64,000 nucleotides of DNA from Botryllus schlosseri. Its lineage: Eukaryota. This document shows, piece after piece, positions 35,412 through 48,089 of this stretch (position 1 is its first letter; every line of letters begins with the position of its first letter). The DNA is taken from assembly GCA_051294905.1 (NCBI GenBank), contig CM119372.1, positions 10,480,001 through 10,544,000 on the forward strand, in the 5' to 3' direction. The notes beneath the pieces were generated by a model. That model saw only the letters and a program-made list of their open reading frames with translations, was not told the DNA's origin and did not search any database. The position numbers and the translations under genes are program-made.

Positions 35412-35800
35412 CAGTGGCTCTCAACCTTTTCGGACTTGCGTCACCCTTTCAAAATGAAAAATAGTTCGTAGCACACTAGCATACAGTGGTTTTGAAATAG
35501 CTCAACTGTGTGTCAGATAGTGTCTATTCTTTTTAAAAAGTGCTTTTTCAATGTCTTTGGTACCATAGCCTCATTTGACAATTTTGCATGACAGAAAAGG
35601 CAATCTGGCAGAGATTGCGATTCATCATCACGTCAAGTGATGCCCATATTTAGATAACTGTTGCCATTTATGCGTGCTCTCCAGCTTTCTTTTCTAACGT
35701 ACCTCCACTTCCATAATCTATTTTCTTTGCTGCAATGATCATCACCACTTGACTTACTTTCTTTCAAAATAAGAGTCTCCATTTTAATATTTCTAAAAGT
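35412..35800 (-). mobile_element. Buster/Charlie hAT remnant with decayed BED-finger region
   Basis: TIR CAGTGGCTCTCAACC at 35412; minus-strand pieces SYLNMG, PDCLFC, LSNEAMVPKTLKKHF resemble the ZBED5/Buster N-terminus. Confidence 0.6.
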
Positions 35801-35942
35801 AAACTTGAGTAAAACGTCTCACATATAGATTACTAAGCCCTGAAAAAAGTCGCCGTAATCCTCCGGCCAGAATATCGTTCCTTGGTAATTACAAGAAACA
35901 GCTCATATTCAGACATGACTTAAAGGAGGGTCATTATGATTA

Positions 35943-36893
35943 GGGGAGATGTGGTACCGATGGATCACTGGGACCGAAAATACTTTGAAAATTCTCTATG
36001 ATAATTCCATGATTACACTCCGCGCACTTTTTCACAATTGCATGCTGGCGAAATCTTTCCTCGCATACAAATAAATTCGACGTGCGCGAGCTATGGGGTC
36101 TCTGAGAGATGATTTTTGTTTTGGGGGGGTGTAAACTAAATTTCGATCGACAAATACATTTTTCTTTGTAACCTTCAACACGAACAAACCAGCAATCATT
36201 TTCAATGTGAAGTCTATGGCTTGTATCAGGCTATATAATGGCACCTATTATTTTTTCAATACCTTCCTTGAGTGGAATTTTTTTCGATTCATGTATAAAA
36301 TTCGTAGGGTGGGGACCGATGATACAATAGCCAAATCAAGCAAAATCATCAAGCATATTATTCATCCAACAACTGAAACATGCCTACGTACAGAAACTCT
36401 TTATGTAATAATTGCATATGATGTGTTATCGCTATAACGAGGTATTTGGATGTCACACTGTCGATTTTCGGGCAATATGCGTGTACCCTCAAATTTATAA
36501 GTTCGAGTGTAAATCAAAACGTGATTTTATGGCAACATTTGAGTTATTACTTATTCTATTTTTTGACGGTTGCGACCAAAAAATTCTTCTTTGGCTTACT
36601 GTAGCTTAGATCAAAATACTGAGCAAGAAATCTGAGTTTTTGAGAGTATGTGTCATAGGTCCCCGGGTCGTGTGCCATTGGACCCACCGGGTGGGGACCG
36701 ATGACACGTTCGAGCAACAGATTTTGAACGTCCATAAATATTTTTTGGAAAGACGGACATTCGTGTATATGTGCGCGATAGGTAGAGCTTGTATCAAAGT
36801 GCTGAGCCAGCGAAAGATCTGCTGTTTTCGGCTGAACATTTCGGGGCCAGCGATCATTTTCCAATCTTTGATCCGTCGGTACCACATCTCCCC
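35943..36893. mobile_element. Tc1/mariner(pogo)-type non-autonomous element, uninterrupted copy
   Basis: TA|GGGGAGATGTGGTACCGA ... TCGGTACCACATCTCCCC|TA (TA TSD). Confidence 0.88.
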
Positions 36894-36964
36894 TACTGCG
36901 CTTAGATACTATTTCATAAGTAGTCGAAATTTTGACATTTTTTGACCTTAAAAAAACCTCGCGT

Positions 36965-37736
36965 ATGTAAATTAGGTGTTTTCCCACATAATGTCAGAAT
37001 TGTAGTACTTATCTTCATTTCTGGTTGGACCTGTCTGTCCTTAAGAAGTAGTTTGGCCTGAAAAAACTTATTTGACTTTGAAACTGACAAATATATACAT
37101 GAAAAAACTTTGTTTTAACGAAATCTGGACCTTGTCGAATTCCAGTAGTTACATCGCGCATTATGGTAGAAATAATTAATATTTGTTGTAGTAAAACGAA
37201 AGATACTTTCCCACATTCTCGGGTAGCAAGTGTCTGCCCTTACTAAGTAGCATGCCGAGAATGGAGAAAGAACTTCAACAGCAGCAGTTGCTGGCTGGCA
37301 ACACTGAAGTTGTGCGTACACTGCTGGTGACACAGCGCGTTGCTTCATTCTGACAATGTTGCCTACATCAACGTTTTTCATCATGCGCTTCTTGATATAT
37401 GAACCAATGCCCACGCAGTCTTGCTTCAGTTTGGATATTGCGGTACGTTCAGCATCACACCATGTCAATTGTCAACCTATTTGTTTCACTTGACCGTTTA
37501 TATGATTCACAATGAGCAGATAAGGGACCTTCTACAACGTTAAGTCTATAAAGTAGGCTGAAAACTGTAAAATGTCAAATGATAAGTTCACCGACCGTGC
37601 AAACATTCATGATATAAACGAATTGCTGTTGGCAATTTTTTTTGACTTTGTAAACAATTTTGATATTTTTTTAACCTGACGCTACAATTTTGACATTTTT
37701 CGACATATTTTGACATGTCAAGAAAAATTCGCCCAA
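36965..37736 (-). mobile_element. Second copy of the hAT deletion derivative at 27790-28667
   Basis: Colinear with 27905-28667; minus ORF remnant VSPAVYAQLQCCQPATAAVE then, frameshifted, SFSILGMLLSKGRHLLPENVGKY. Confidence 0.8.
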
Positions 37737-37764
37737 TTCATAAGAATATGTTTGACAAACTCTG

Positions 37765-37990
37765 CACACTTCCGCATTGTCCATGTAACTAACCATGGAT
37801 GCTAAACGCATTTCCACGCACATCCTGTAGCAGGCGTGAGGATAGGCAGGCCTCGATAGTTCTACTAGCAGTCACCCGGAGTTCCATTATAGTGCCAAAC
37901 TTCCGACAAACCGGGATAATATCCTCTGCGGCCGGGAAATTTGTTAACTGTATAATTTGATGAACTTTCTCAATTCTCAAATTCGTCGCC
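37765..37990 (-). mobile_element. Possible 3' remnant of a restriction-like-endonuclease (CRE/NeSL-type) LINE
   Basis: Minus ORF ends CLSSRLLQDVRGNAFSIHG, resembling the C-terminal QRGNA motif of RLE retrotransposons; weak similarity only. Confidence 0.35.
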
Positions 37991-38574
37991 TATAACATAA
38001 CGTTGCGCTACAAGCTTATATTTTGAGGGCAGTGCCGGCACGCTGCCTACCAATCAAAATCATCACTTCCAAAGGAGTTCATTTAACATTTCTCGCTTGT
38101 GATTAGGAAGACATTGACACAGTGGCACCGCAAAGTCTGCTCTTCTCTGACATTAATCAACGTATTGTGCAAAAATTCAATTTAGCCTTCAAAGCACGCG
38201 ATATGTCGGATAAAGCGACATTAGCTGGGGCTATTGATTGCCTGTATGACAGCAATTTAGATTTGTCAAATATACAAACTTCACATCTAGCCCGATCTAA
38301 ATTACACTAGGCAACAATTTTGAACGGAGAATTTGTTGACTTTGATTTTGCACTTGTTTTAGGCTGATTTTGACGTGCTGATTCTAAAAATGCCGCTGGC
38401 TTCTAGCACGTCAAGTTTTTGCTCTACGACATGAGCCCAAAATATGCAAATTTTAACATAAATTTAGCCACATTACTTTTCCATACCACATAGATATCCA
38501 CACTTTTATCATAAGTTATATAGGCAAGGGGTCAATTAAATTATTGGAAAAACGGTACTGGTATCGTTCTAGGG

Positions 38575-39700
38575 CAGTGGTTCGCAACATGTACGCGTAC
38601 CACTAGTGGTACGCGAAGGTCTTCCAGATGGTACGCGAGTAGATTCTGGTTTTTGTTCTCCAATAAACTTCAGGCTTAGCATGGCCTTCTCGTACTCGAC
38701 TTTAGCTTCTCACGCCATTCCCCAGCTGCTAAGTGTGTGAGCAAGGATTTTTATCTCTGATGACTATCAAGTCGGAGAAACGAAACTGACTTATTGCGCC
38801 CATGCATGACTTTCGATGCGCTGTGAGCAAACATATGCCACGCATCGACTAGCTAGTGCAGTGGTTCTCAAACTGGGAGCCGGTGTTTACTTGTTGTCTT
38901 CTCAGATTGCAAGAACGGGATTATTCGGTGCCGACTGCCGACCATTTCGACGACGGAGTATATCCATATTGAAAGTTTTGGCCGACCAGCGAAGGTCGTT
39001 TTTGGCCAAGGTTTGGTCGCCGCTGATCTGTTTGGCACTACATTATATCAGCGTTGTTTTGGCAAGAACTTCACCTCTTCATATATGCCTGCCAATACAC
39101 CAGTATTCGAACCAGGCTTTTGATCGCGTAATAATTATGGTGCGCAAACATTAATTCAGTACAGCTGGTGAGCCGTGAGAGACAGAGATATTGTCAAAGC
39201 TACGATTAGTGATTAGGTGTGTCGGAAGTCAAACAAGTTATTAGAATTACGTCGCAACTACAAAAGTTAGCGAACCACTGCACTTGAATTTCCTATTAGG
39301 ATTATTTCAGGGATATATAGAATTCCCTGGTTTATTTGAATTATTACACGTCAGAAAAAGTAACAATTATTCGCACACGCACCACGACCGTCATCCGCGC
39401 TGCAAATTTTTTCATCGCACAAGTGCGTACCATCCCGCAGGTTGAAAAGCACTGTTTTGAAGGTTACTGACCAATCACAATCCGGTTAGAGGTCTTTAAC
39501 AGGACTTCGCGAGCTTCGCCTTGCGGAAACGAATAGAGCCACTTATTTATCTAGTGTCAAACAGGCTTCTTAAATGAAGTTTCCAATATTACCGGCTATA
39601 CCGGTTCGCGTGGTATAAAAGGTTGAGAACCACTGCTATACAGTACACCTACCCCACTGGTAGACATGTATACAAGGCATGTCCAACCCGCCGCTCTTGA
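38575..39700. mobile_element. Cluster of nested/fragmented Charlie-like hAT MITEs
   Basis: Several CAGTGGTT(C)-type ends at about 38575 and 38859 and reverse ends at about 39280, 39453 and 39635; pairing not resolved. Confidence 0.6.
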
Positions 39701-40200
39701 TGTCGATGTTTTTATTTGTGAATTTTTGCTCTTTCGTGGCCCTCCATTCACTAACAATTGTTTCTCAAACGCTGCACATTGCACATTTTCGCACGATGTG
39801 CGGAGCGCAACTCTCACGAACACCTCACAAGCCAGTTTGCGTTGGTGTCATGTAGGGCGTTGTGCTAAACCGAAATTCAAAACTACGGTGAGCCAATTAC
39901 CGAAACAAACCCGATACAGAACATGAGAGTTAACCGGCAGTACCTTCACCAAGTGAACAAAATTTTCAACAGATTGAAATCATTGTGGAGAGCTGATAGG
40001 CTATTTGCAGGACTTCCACCACGCGATTGACTGCGCATAGCAATTCACTCTCTTCTACATTTCTGCTAATGGTCAACTTTTCATTTTAGATCTGTCATTT
40101 AGGTTTATGTATGTAGGATTGTAGGGGCTCTGAAAGTCATTGGTAATGTTTTCGACAGCATCACGCAGAAATACTTGGTGCTCTATTGCCGTATTACGGC

Positions 40201-40644
40201 TAGGGTTGCATTTAAAGCAAACGGTGTTTTAAGACACTTTGTTTATAACATGTTTTAAACAGTGTTTTAAAAAAAGGTATTTTAAAAAAAAAAATTTTTT
40301 TTTCAAGTTGTAAAATTATGCCATCATTGTGTAAATACCTTACAAAAAGCATGTTGTATGAGCCTACGGACAATTACCACCCGATGGTAGCCGAGGTATA
40401 TCGATATGGGATGGTTGGAACACTCGAAATAGTCGGTTCAACAGCAATAGTACATATATTTCGTCAAAGGAGCTATTTTACCCTATTTTTTATATTGTCA
40501 ATGTCAATCTATTATGACGTCGCAATTGAATATTCGTGACGTCATGGCTTTAAAAAAACAAAAACAATAAAACTATGTTTTTAATTAGGGCCTTGTTTTA
40601 AACGTGATTGTTTTAAATTGATTTTTGTTTTAAATGCAACCCTA
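40201..40644. mobile_element. hAT-type MITE (TAGGGTTGCATTTAAA TIR)
   Basis: TAGGGTTGCATTTAAA / TTTAAATGCAACCCTA; TSD ATTACGGC/ATTGCGGC (7/8). Confidence 0.88.
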
Positions 40645-40894
40645 ATTGCGGCAATGCGCGTTGACATCGAAGTACGACACTCGTCTATAGTGGACGTATA
40701 CCGACGGATTTCATTGACGTACAAGTGGGCATTAATTGTAGCATTATGGATTAGAATTCTTGTAGCAATTTCGGGGTCACCTATGATGTATACTGTGTCC
40801 ACCACTCGTATTTTCTATACTACCCACCGAAATCGTGATCGATACAGCAGTGAGTCCGCTCGACCGATAGGACTAAATCTATTCTGCATTACAG

Positions 40895-41101
40895 CTATTG
40901 CTTGAAGATGATAGCCCTCAAGTATTAGATGAACTTCGTAAACTCGGCGTGCACCATTTAACGGCGTTTGAAGCGAATATGATGACACAACATGCAGCCA
41001 GTTTGCTGCGTCGTGGCATTAGAGATGTGGAAACTGTGAAAGAGTCAAAATGGCCGGAATTTCAACGCGGCGACGAGGCGTGTCCTGTTGATTCGCTAAT
41101 A
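40895..41101 (+). CDS. Internal exon of the large uncharacterised gene (phase 0/0)
   Basis: Acceptor TTCTGCATTACAG, donor ATA|GTGAGT; LLLEDDSPQVLDELRKLGV...VDSLI; the 64-nt intron joins in frame to the next exon. Confidence 0.75.
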
Positions 41102-41165
41102 GTGAGTTGCGAGCGAAAGCTTTGTGACTGATTGATTGTGGTAAATACAGTCTTCTCCGTTGCAG

Positions 41166-41868
41166 GCTAGCTATGATGCGTTGTTGCGAACTACGCATAA
41201 GACTGCGGAAGACGAGAGCGGAAACTTGAACTTTGAGATGTTGATTTCTGATGCGTTGCGGCACGAGGAAGAATCGTCGGTTGTTGATTGTTCGGAAGGG
41301 AGTGCTGAACCTGCGAACCGAGAGAATTCGGTTGGACCAAAATCTGAAAATCGTGCGGATTCCTCCCAAACTGATAAGAATTCTAACCCGGCTGAGAAGA
41401 CGCTGAGCGATGTTACGAATTCTCAAATTTCTGATGCGACGCCTGTTTCGGGAAATGGCTCGCGGTTTTTAATGCGATGGCGATCGCACAGTAAAAGTGT
41501 TCCGACAGGAACCTTTAAGGAGTCTTCGCGTCAACACGCAAATAACGTGAAAAATTGTATGCGTAATCAATTGTTTCCCGAAAGCGAAGACGCGGACTCC
41601 GAATTTGAAGGGAGTGAGGTTTCTGTTAAGAAGAAGAGAAAAGTGAGTGTGAAAAGGAGCCTGCGAGGGAATGGGAAAATTCCGCAAAGTCGATTCGTCG
41701 ACGTGAGAAATATACTCCCACGTGAGTGTTTGCGCTTATGTGATCTTTACCGTAACACCTTAGAAACTCGCAGACATTGTGTAGATTTTATGAAGGAACA
41801 AGACAAGATCTCTAGGTCGATTTCAGCTTTGGATAAGACCTTGACAATCCCGGAAGTGGTCAACTCGG
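41166..41868 (+). CDS. Internal exon of the large uncharacterised gene (phase 0/1)
   Basis: Acceptor TCTTCTCCGTTGCAG, donor G|GTACGT; 234 open codons including NLS-like VKKKRKVSVKR; phase matches the acceptor at 56750. Confidence 0.75.
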
Positions 41869-41988
41869 GTACGTATATACTGTGCAATTTACTAGATCGA
41901 CTAGTCGTATAAATGTACGCATCATCGGGACCGACAAACTCGGAGATAATACCATCATGCAATTACTGATGCTGATCTTCCCTTAGTG

Positions 41989-42287
41989 CAGTGGTTCACA
42001 ACCTTTTTTAGACACGCCCCCCTTTATGATAGTGAAAAAATTCGCGCCCCCCCTTGTCGTCATATCACAAAATCCAACCAGGATGCTAGCAACCCCAACA
42101 GATTGTTTGATGGCATGGAAGGTTATGACTGTTGAAGAGAGTATTCAAAAATATGAAATTCGGTCTATATATGGAGAATCACTCGTGAATTGGGGGTAAA
42201 TCGCGCACAGCGCGAAAAAAATTCAGTTGACCGCTTCTTCGCGCCCCTCTTCAGATGCTTTCACGTCCCCCAGGTTGAGAACCACTG
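41989..42287. mobile_element. hAT (Charlie-like) MITE
   Basis: CAGTGGTTCACAACC / GGTTGAGAACCACTG; exact TSD CCTTAGTG at 41981-41988 and 42288-42295. Confidence 0.92.
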
Positions 42288-42998
42288 CCTTAGTGATAGT
42301 GGATTCTGGTGCTTTGCACGTAATGAAGCAGACCTCGACATATGACCATTGATCAAACCTTGGAAGAATTGCTCGATCTGTGATTGTTTACAGCTCGAGG
42401 ACTAGATGGTAATGAAAAAACATAATTATTAATATAACGTCTTGAGTTTACTATCCTGCATGAGACTGCATGTCCACTTGTGCGGCGCGCCCTTTCCAGA
42501 TATTGTAGAATGATGTTGGATATGAATCGCACAGAATTTGGAATACTTAGGTGCCGTGAGGTATTCAATAACACCTAGCGGGATGAACCTGGTATTGCAT
42601 ATTTTTCGCGACAAACATGTGGTATGCAAATCACATCATAAACTCTAACTTGGCAATCGGACAGGCATATCAATCATCAACAGTAACTCCTGAATAATTC
42701 ACATATACCAGTGGCCCTCAAACCCTATTTCCCGCAACCTTCGAAAATGAGATCCTGCAATATTGATAAATTTGTGCTTCACTTGAGGAGTAGTCATGAC
42801 ACAACTGTTGCGACCATCAAACTTCCTATAAAACGTACTCAGACCATGTTAGATAATTTTACGTTGCTTGTTCCGATTATTTATCCAATATATATATTTA
42901 TTGTATATCACTATAATTTTTTTTTTAATTACGTGTACACTTAGTCCTGTAACGCATACCTTTGAGCCAAGATAAGTTAATCAGGACAAAGGCGTCGT

Positions 42999-43496
42999 CA
43001 GGGTTATGACCGAGACGCAAGTCAATTCGACTTCTATAGTTTTTACTCCAGTTAAGTTGAGTTATTTTCAATTCACCACCAAGTCCTAGTCAGAGAGCAG
43101 TAAGTTGAGTCCGAGTCATAGTGTCTACCGTTTAGTATCGAGGTCAAGTCGGGGTTGAACTCACTTGTATGAAATTCCAGGTAGATATCGAAGTCCTCTG
43201 ACCGGACTCATTTTTCTCGCACTGAATAGTGAATGTGTTTATTCAAACAGATTGACAGACTGTTTTTCAAACAGACTGTTTTTGGGCCTATTTTTTAATT
43301 ATCGGTTCTAATATTCTAGACTTGAATAAGTCATGTAGAATGTGTCGAGTGATATGACTTCCAAGGTCCAGTTAGGCGTAGTGACTCAAGAATAAATTGG
43401 GTCAATACAAAATTTGTCTTGAGTCGAGTCTTTTTTGCTTTATAAGATAATGATTCGAGTCAACGAAAAATTACAACTCGAGCCATTACAACCCTG
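42999..43496. mobile_element. Older CAGGGTTGTAA / GACTCGAGTC MITE copy
   Basis: CAGGGTTATGA / TTACAACCCTG and decayed GAGTC repeats; no TSD retained. Confidence 0.7.
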
Positions 43497-44103
43497 GGCA
43501 ATGGGCATAGTACCTTTTGCTCCATGTCAAAGTCAATTGCGAAATTGATATGCAATGCAGCATAAATATCTTCTGGTCTCATTTCATACAGATGTTTCGT
43601 GTAAGTGTATGTAGGCCAAATATAAGGATGGTAGATCAATTCTGCCAAAATTGACTGACTTGAGAAGGTGCATTATAGTTGATGCAACGAAACTTCTATT
43701 TGGTCGTCCATACGACTACACGTGCACAGTAGGATTATGACTAAAAAATGCCTGTAGCAGGAATCAATGAACATTTTGGGATAAATTAAGAAAATTATAA
43801 TTATTTTGTTCGAATCGTAAAAAATGTCCCGCACAAACTGACTTCAATTTTCGTCAATTGTCGAAATGTAACAAAATTTAGAATTCAAAAGTTATTCTTT
43901 GCTACAAATTTAATGTTCAAATATTTGTCCTTTTGCACCTCTGGTAAAGGTCTTCCATCAATTTCACTTCCCTTTCTACAATTATGCTAGTGCCAGGGAC
44001 ATCTACAACGGACTTATCCGAATTCCAATCGATTGTAAGGTACTTTGACGCTGCAGGTCATTCGAGTTCAAAGAGCATCAAATAATATTTGGTATATCCC
44101 ATC

Positions 44104-44153
44104 CGGGGCCTACGATATTTACGAATATATATTTACGAATATCGTAGGCCCCG
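44104..44153. mobile_element. 50-bp CGGGGCCTACGATA-family element with 7-bp TSD
   Basis: 16-bp perfect arms CGGGGCCTACGATATT / AATATCGTAGGCCCCG; TSD TCCCATC at 44097-44103 and 44154-44160. Confidence 0.85.
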
Positions 44154-45046
44154 TCCCATCTATAAATCTCCGGTTAGAAAACCAGATTTCCTGACACGCA
44201 TTTGCGATGAAGAAGCAATTAAGCATGATATCTCCAGAGCAACTCAACATCTAGGGATTAGGAAGTAGGCAATCATGGCCCTCGAACTCCATCTCGCACT
44301 GTGTAGAGATGGACGTTCATGCCATTTGATTAGTGGCAATCTACCGTTTTATTCGGAAGACCGGAATGGTCTGCACAACTCAAAAGAAAAACTTAAAATC
44401 GTCCCTCCATCCTGGGTTTTCGAATACTTTCACTTGGCTTGGTGCATTGCACCTAGTTTTCGTAGTGTTTTACCACGTCATCCACAAATTTGTAGCTGAT
44501 AGTTGGTTTTGTTGAAGACGTTGGATTGAAGAACTCTGGTACATGCTTTAAGACTCAAGAACAAGATGTTGGCAACCGATATACTGCGGTTTATCAAAAC
44601 CCTTGCTGTTCATTGCATTTTACTGTTTCACAGCGCCATTCAGCCGTCCAGTATCATCATTTATGTTGTGTCGCTCTGTCACATATGATATGACATTTTC
44701 GAATTTTCCTAGTGATCATGTTCCCGTATTAGGTTTACTCGACTCCTGAAAATATCTTGAGCCGTTCAACTTTCGCATTTTAGGGCACTCAGTTTGATTT
44801 GTGTCAGGCAAATTCATATAAGACGATATATATTAGTCTACATCTAAAATCGAAATTAACAATTATTAATATTTTTTCATGTCATAAGCCTAGTGTGCAG
44901 TGCACGCAGGGTGGTTCAAAATTGCCTAACTTTATAGAAATCTTTGTCTTCAGTTAGTTTCCGAGCACTTTGTTCACATCTTCCATATTGGATCTATGTG
45001 TACTGGATTTTGATCTACCCCAAATTACTGAAAATCTGTTTTGAAA

Positions 45047-45581
45047 CAGGGTTGTAAACAAGTCACAAGGTTCCGAGTTACCAGTCAATCGCCCTTTTGT
45101 AGTTTTGACTCGAGTCAAGTCCAAGTAAGTTTGTAGAGAGTCGAGTCCGAGTCATAGTGTGGTAACCCGAGTCCAAGTCATTGTGTTCACTGTTCAGTTT
45201 TGAGTTCAAACCGGTTCAACCCACTTTTTTCAACTCTGCTCGAGTGATATAGAGTAGATCGCATTGTCGCATTCATAATATCTTAATTTTCCTCAGTCCT
45301 AACAGTCTCGGGCCCTATTTTCCAAGTATCAGAACTGATAGACGAAATACCAATAACGTGGTGACTTTACTATTCTTCGAAATTACAATGAAATGTCTGT
45401 CTCGACCGTTCTGGTCTCGAGTCAAAGGACTTCGTTCGAGTCATGCACATTGCACAAATTCACAATGACTCGAGTACAAGTCGAGTCAATACACGAATTT
45501 TGAAATTTAGAAAAATGAATCGAGTCGAGTCACCAAAAAATGGTGACTAGCCGAGTCACGACTCGAGTCATTACAATCCTG
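45047..45581. mobile_element. CAGGGTTGTAA / GACTCGAGTC MITE copy
   Basis: CAGGGTTGTAA / TTACAATCCTG; colinear with 28780-29319. Confidence 0.8.
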
Positions 45582-48089
45582 TTTGTAACATGGCGATCAA
45601 GACACAATTTTAAACTTGACTCGACAACAGGAATGTACAGTTGTACACTAGGATTGTTCGAAAATATTTTTTTTCCATATTTCACTTGCTCGGTAATAAA
45701 ATTGTCAGGTTGACTACAAAAACGCTACACACAAAATTTGGGTCAGTTCCGGCCAGTGAAGGCCGTGCAATATTGAATGGAAATTTCGACCATTTTTGAA
45801 TTTATAGTATTTACGGTGGCAAATTTCGACACTTCGGTATGAGCATGACCAAACATCGTCTTTCAGGCATGTCTGAAGGGAGAATGATGCTTTATCACGC
45901 GTTTAAATCTTGATAACGGCCTGTAATAAAGTTTGGATGATGAAATTGCTAATAAATGACAAATGAATATGACACTACTGATTACTGGAACTACATTGAA
46001 AGAACCCCGTGGAAACGATGGTGATATGCATTGCAAATAGAATACTTTCAGCACTGAAATTCGGGACCATAAAGATAAAATAAATTGCCAGGCAGGTAAA
46101 ATACAGTAAAATATATTTCCCAGGCTTTAGGCGATAATCTTTTGTCCCACCAGTGTGAATTTTACTTGATCAGAGCAAATAAGCTTGTGGATGTTGCCTT
46201 CACAACGCATTATGATATTTGATTTTCCGATATCCTGCAGTAGAATATCTATATACCTCTAGCAAGCGAACTACTATTACGAGACGTTTTGTCAACTTTC
46301 AGGCATGCCACATCATTCTTCAGACATTTATATCAAGGGAACTCGAGTAACTCGCGATTCGATGTTCAGGAATCTCCGGTTATCATTAGGTTGATAGCGA
46401 TGCTGATAGCCCTAGATACGCCTCGTTGAAGGACTGTGAAATGTTTGCGTAGCCCTTATCTTTTCATTGGATCGCAATCTTGTGGTGTATTCAACGAATA
46501 AAAATTACTAATAGAACCGAACCAACTCCTTTTGGATTGATTCCAAATTCGCAGTTCCAAAGGCGGTAGCATCGGTCAGCTGTCCAGACAAATGCTGCTG
46601 ATTGCAGTCAGGAATGGTCTACACGCCAATTAATGACATATATGGTAGTTCAGATATGATTTTTATTTGCTCGTAAACTCTGGAAAACCAAATTGTAATA
46701 TACCAACTTTATACAGCGTATTATATATAAATACCCTGCAGAGGTATATAGGAGTCGTGAAAAGCAAATGTCATAACGCATTGCGAAGAAAAAAGTCGCC
46801 ACGACGTTCTGATTTCGTCAAATCTACATCAGCACGACAAAAGATACTTTCGGGTATCGATATTAACCTGGAAATGTATTTTGCTGTATTTTACCTGTGC
46901 CCGATGGTGCCCGATTTCAGATTTAAAAGTATTCTGTTTTCTAATTATATCACATTTGTTTTAACGAGACTATTTCAATTTCGTTTACTAATTTCGAGCA
47001 AATCAGTTTGAAATTAATTTTTACTTAATTAGAAATTTCATTATCGCAACTCTATCACACGCCAGTATGAAGATGTAAATCCATGAAAAAAGCATCACTT
47101 CCCTTTCAGGCATATGCCTGGAGCACGATGTTTGGTCATACCGAAGTGTCGAAATTTCTATTCAAGATTGAGCGGCTTTAAGCGTAGGCCACACGTACAA
47201 TATTCACTAGCGAGTAGCGACATCACTCGCGATAATCTCACTTTTTCACTAAGAGGAGTGTTACGTCATCATGGGGTGGGAAAAGGTTAACCGAGTACAG
47301 TACGTCTTTCTCGGAGCGAGAAACTGCGCAGGTACGGTACTTATTACAAAGCTTCAACATTGGGCATCATTCGAAAAGGTATTCCGCCGTACAACCAGCC
47401 GACCGGGTGATATGGTAGAAGTTGAAAACAACAATAAAATGCGATATGCACATTGCACACACAGTCCAAGGCATTACTGACAACTATTTGCAGAGGCAAT
47501 ACTTTCATTGGTTATGGCATTCAATAAATGAACACATATTTCAACAGTCAAATGCGGTATCATAGTGATATATTCAACTGCGATTGGCTTGGTGTTGGTC
47601 AGTTGCGGAGAGCTTTGTAGGGCACAACGGCTGCTTGATGAACGAAGTGACCACGATGATCAAATCAGAAATCGGCGTAATAAAATATACAGTAGAAGCC
47701 CTGATCCCTTCATATCAAGCATGAGTTGGGTCAGATTTTGTAATCTCCTCTACCATCATTGCATGGCCCTTGTCGTTATCAATTTATATACTTTAATGTG
47801 TTCTAATTTAAACATTTGAATTCTTGTTGCAAGAGCCAACATTTTCACCTATTTGAATGTCATAAGATTTGTTTTTGTTATTACAAATGCCATACAGGTT
47901 TGTATGCTACAATGTATCACCTACTAGGGTAGGTCCGTACAGCGTACACGGCGGAGGTTTCCGAACAACTGATCCCTATTTCACAATAACTTTTTCTCCG
48001 CTGTGACGTAATACTGTCACCAGAGATGCCACTCCTGGGTTTTTCCACCCAGATCTGGGTTTTTTGAGCATCACCTGGGTTTCTGGGTT

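Noticed and set aside
41960..42352. VIVDSGALHVM formed after removing the 41989 MITE, resembling a copia protease DSGA motif
   Set aside because: It is very short and ends in a stop; there is no zinc knuckle, integrase, RT or LTR nearby, and the upstream ORF has clean host-type splice sites.
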